This document shows positions 35,263-37,471 of a stretch of 37,471 bases of DNA, piece by piece. The stretch is taken from positions 1-37,471 of the forward strand of contig BDIP01000043.1 of assembly GCA_003568945.1 (NCBI GenBank), in the 5' to 3' direction. The DNA is from Kipferlia bialata. Lineage: Eukaryota. Within the stretch, counting starts at the first letter, position 1. Every line of letters starts with the position of its first letter. A model generated the notes under the pieces. The model made no database searches. It was given only the letters and a program-made list of their open reading frames with translations, and had not been told where the DNA came from. Made by a program: the position numbers and the translations under genes.

Positions 35263-35505
35263 TTGTGAGGTAGATGTTCTTGAATAAGCGTTGGTCAGTG
35301 GACGTCCTGACGTGTGCTATCGAGCAAAAGAAATCGAGCAAAAGGGTCTAGGGCAGAGCTAGACCCCCTTCAACCGTGAGATTAGTAACGAGCGTGTTAA
35401 CCGTCTCAGTAGGTGACACCTATCGATGTCTCTTCTTTCTCAGTATTTCAGGTTTAATAGGTCTTTCTTGGGCCCAGAAAGAGGATTCCAAGGGAAATTC
35501 CCGTA
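35263..35505. promoter_or_regulatory. Compact divergent intergenic region (pepD / DUF167) with a tandem repeat and a hairpin
   Basis: ATCGAGCAAAAG x2 (35319-35330, 35333-35344) and GGGTCTAG-N7-CTAGACCC (35344-35366) lie between head-to-head start codons. Confidence 0.45.
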
Positions 35506-35852
35506 ATGGTATCATCGGACACTGTGTTGATACAAGTTCGATTACAACCTCATTCCTCCAAGAATGGTGTCACTGGTAAGAAACTACAGACTCAGCTACA
35601 GAATACCTCTTTTGCTCCAAGTCTGTGACTGATCTAGCAGGAATAGAGGACGGGGTCATAAGCGTATGTGTTCACGAGCGTGCTGTGAATGGAAAGGCCA
35701 ACAAGGCTTGTGTAGAGGTACTGGCTGAGTTCTTCGGTACTAAGAGGCGAGATGTATCTCTTGTGGCCGGAGGGAAGAGTCGGAGTAAAACCTTTGCTCT
35801 GTCGTCAATTGAGGAGAGTGCGGTTAGGGCCGCCGTGTCGGAACTTGGTTAG
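35506..35852 (+). CDS. DUF167/UPF0235 (YggU-like) protein, 2 exons
   Basis: Exons 35506-35575 and 35641-35852 give MVSSDTVLIQVRLQPHSSKNGVTGIEDGVISVCVHERAVNGKANKACVEVLAEFFGTKRRDVSLVAGGKSRSKTF. Confidence 0.9.
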
Positions 35853-36252
35853 TGCCCTGACCACTTCCAGACAGGACGTACTGTGAAGTATGAGGTAAGA
35901 GGGGCCATCGTGTATAAACCCAGGCACTCCCTGTGAGATATCCCAGTGATTCTGAGGCCTGTCCCTCACCTTGGGGGAATTGGGCAGCCTCTTTGGTGTG
36001 ACACATCTGGTGTCTGGTGCCAGTCCATGGTCCCTGTTGCCTATTCATAGTGGGAGCCAACATTCCAGTACGGCTCATGAGGTAGAAATACATGTCTATT
36101 GCCTATGCTCGGATCCACCTGACACCACAAAAGGCTACACCAGCAAAAAGGACCTCTGAAGTCCACTATAATGAAAAAATATAGAACACCGTAAGTAACT
36201 CTGGTTAATGAACAGTCTCACCCGACTGATTGGGAGTACAATGAAGGCCGCC

Positions 36253-37071
36253 TCACCCAAAGAGCGAGGCCCCTATGTCCTTGGCCACGGCCCTCTTGCC
36301 CTTGACCTGGTTCTGCTTGAAGTGCCGCCTGGAGACAGGGGCCTTGCCCCCCCTGCGCTGCTGCATGGCAGTGACCCCCTTGGCCTTCTCGATCTGCTCC
36401 AGATAGTCCTGGCCCTCCTTCTTGAGGTGCTGCACCTCGACCCTCAGCCGCTGGGCCTCGCTGAAGGACATGGTGCGGTCACTCAGCTGGTACCACTTGA
36501 ACCCGTCCAGGTACCTGCACACCCAGAGGTCATCATCGCAGTGCAGGTGTCTGGGGGTCAGGGGCTGCTCTCACATTGGAACTGAGTGAACTCAACCATA
36601 TCATATATATATATATTATACAGGGGTCTGTGCTGTGTACCTGGGCAGACCCTTCATGGGCGTGCCATGCAGGGACACGGCCACAGCCTCTGCAATGGCC
36701 TTGTCCGCAAACTCAACCCAGCCTACTATGAGAAACAGGGGGGGTATGGGAAGAAACTGGCATATGAAAGACACAGGGACCACAGTCAATTAACCACAGG
36801 AGGCATTGAGAGAGCTCTACCTTCTGTGTAGCACCGACGCTTGTCCCGGTACTGCCGCCGTCTCTTCCTGGTTATGTTGGCCTGCTCTGCCTCCAGATAC
36901 AGGTTGGTGACAAGGCCATACCCAGAGAACAGACGCCTGAGGGTCTCGGGGTTGACAAAGGGGGGTATGCGGCCTATGTGCAGCACCCCCTTCCTCTCCT
37001 CCTTGGCTAGGAAGGCATCCCCGTCGGACAGAGACAGCAGCCGGTCACCACCAACACGCCCACTCTTAGTA

Positions 37072-37113
<42 letters not shown>

Positions 37114-37328
37114 CCACTCTCATTGCTCTCAGTTTCACTCTCCGTCTCGCTCCCACTCTTGGTTTCAGAAGTGCTCTCCTCTCTTGCACTCTCTCTATCC
37201 TCTGGTGCGGCACTCTCCGGAACCACAGGTGTAGACACAGCCTTCTTCTTGCCAATGACTTCCTCTACACCCAAACCCAAGGCTGCGGCATCCGCTGCCT
37301 CATCCTTCACCCGTCTCGCTTTCCCCAT
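36253..37328 (-). CDS. ESF2: Pre-rRNA processing protein ESF2/ABT1, 3 exons
   Basis: [77 protein letters not shown], and an N-terminal (ES)n tract. Confidence 0.92.
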
Positions 37329-37471
37329 TGCGGTGAACAAGATAGATACGCAGCTGAGATTTATTGGAAAAAGGGTCCAACAGGATCCCTATACCCAAAA
37401 ACTTGATGATTGATAAATATGAAAGTCTGTGACAGGCCACCGGCCCTGGTCAATAGCCAGGGACAGTGGAA

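Noticed and set aside
1..37471. Genome-wide TAA/TAG=Gln code; tRNA or rRNA genes
   Set aside because: ZIP, the NLR-like gene and DUF167 end at TAG, ZIP and DUF167 at their expected C-termini, and conserved exons lack in-frame TAR codons. No tRNA or rRNA was recognisable by eye.

Overview
Intron-rich eukaryotic DNA, not prokaryotic. It has short GT-AG introns with (AT)n/(GT)n/(CT)n microsatellites and frequent CCCCAG acceptors. The style and the anaerobe-type gene content suggest a free-living metamonad such as Kipferlia (inference only). Manual splicing gives about 13 genes: the 3' part of a ZIP metal transporter; a coiled-coil/Cys-rich hypothetical gene; a 6-exon gene fusing two PBCV-basic-adaptor-like motifs, an HNH-like motif and an SH3-like domain; a small repeat-domain hypothetical gene; a Kelch-like propeller; a rubredoxin-fused FAD oxidoreductase; an NLR-like gene (hydrophobic N-terminus + NACHT-like NTPase + LRR); a truncated YTM1/WDR12; BRO1/ALIX; two intronless hypotheticals; PepD; DUF167; and ESF2/ABT1. 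The highlights are the NLR-like receptor with one LRR per 84-nt exon, the viral-motif/HNH/SH3 fusion, and pervasive intronic 'echo' copies of exon boundaries. All gene models and family calls were made by eye, with no database searches.
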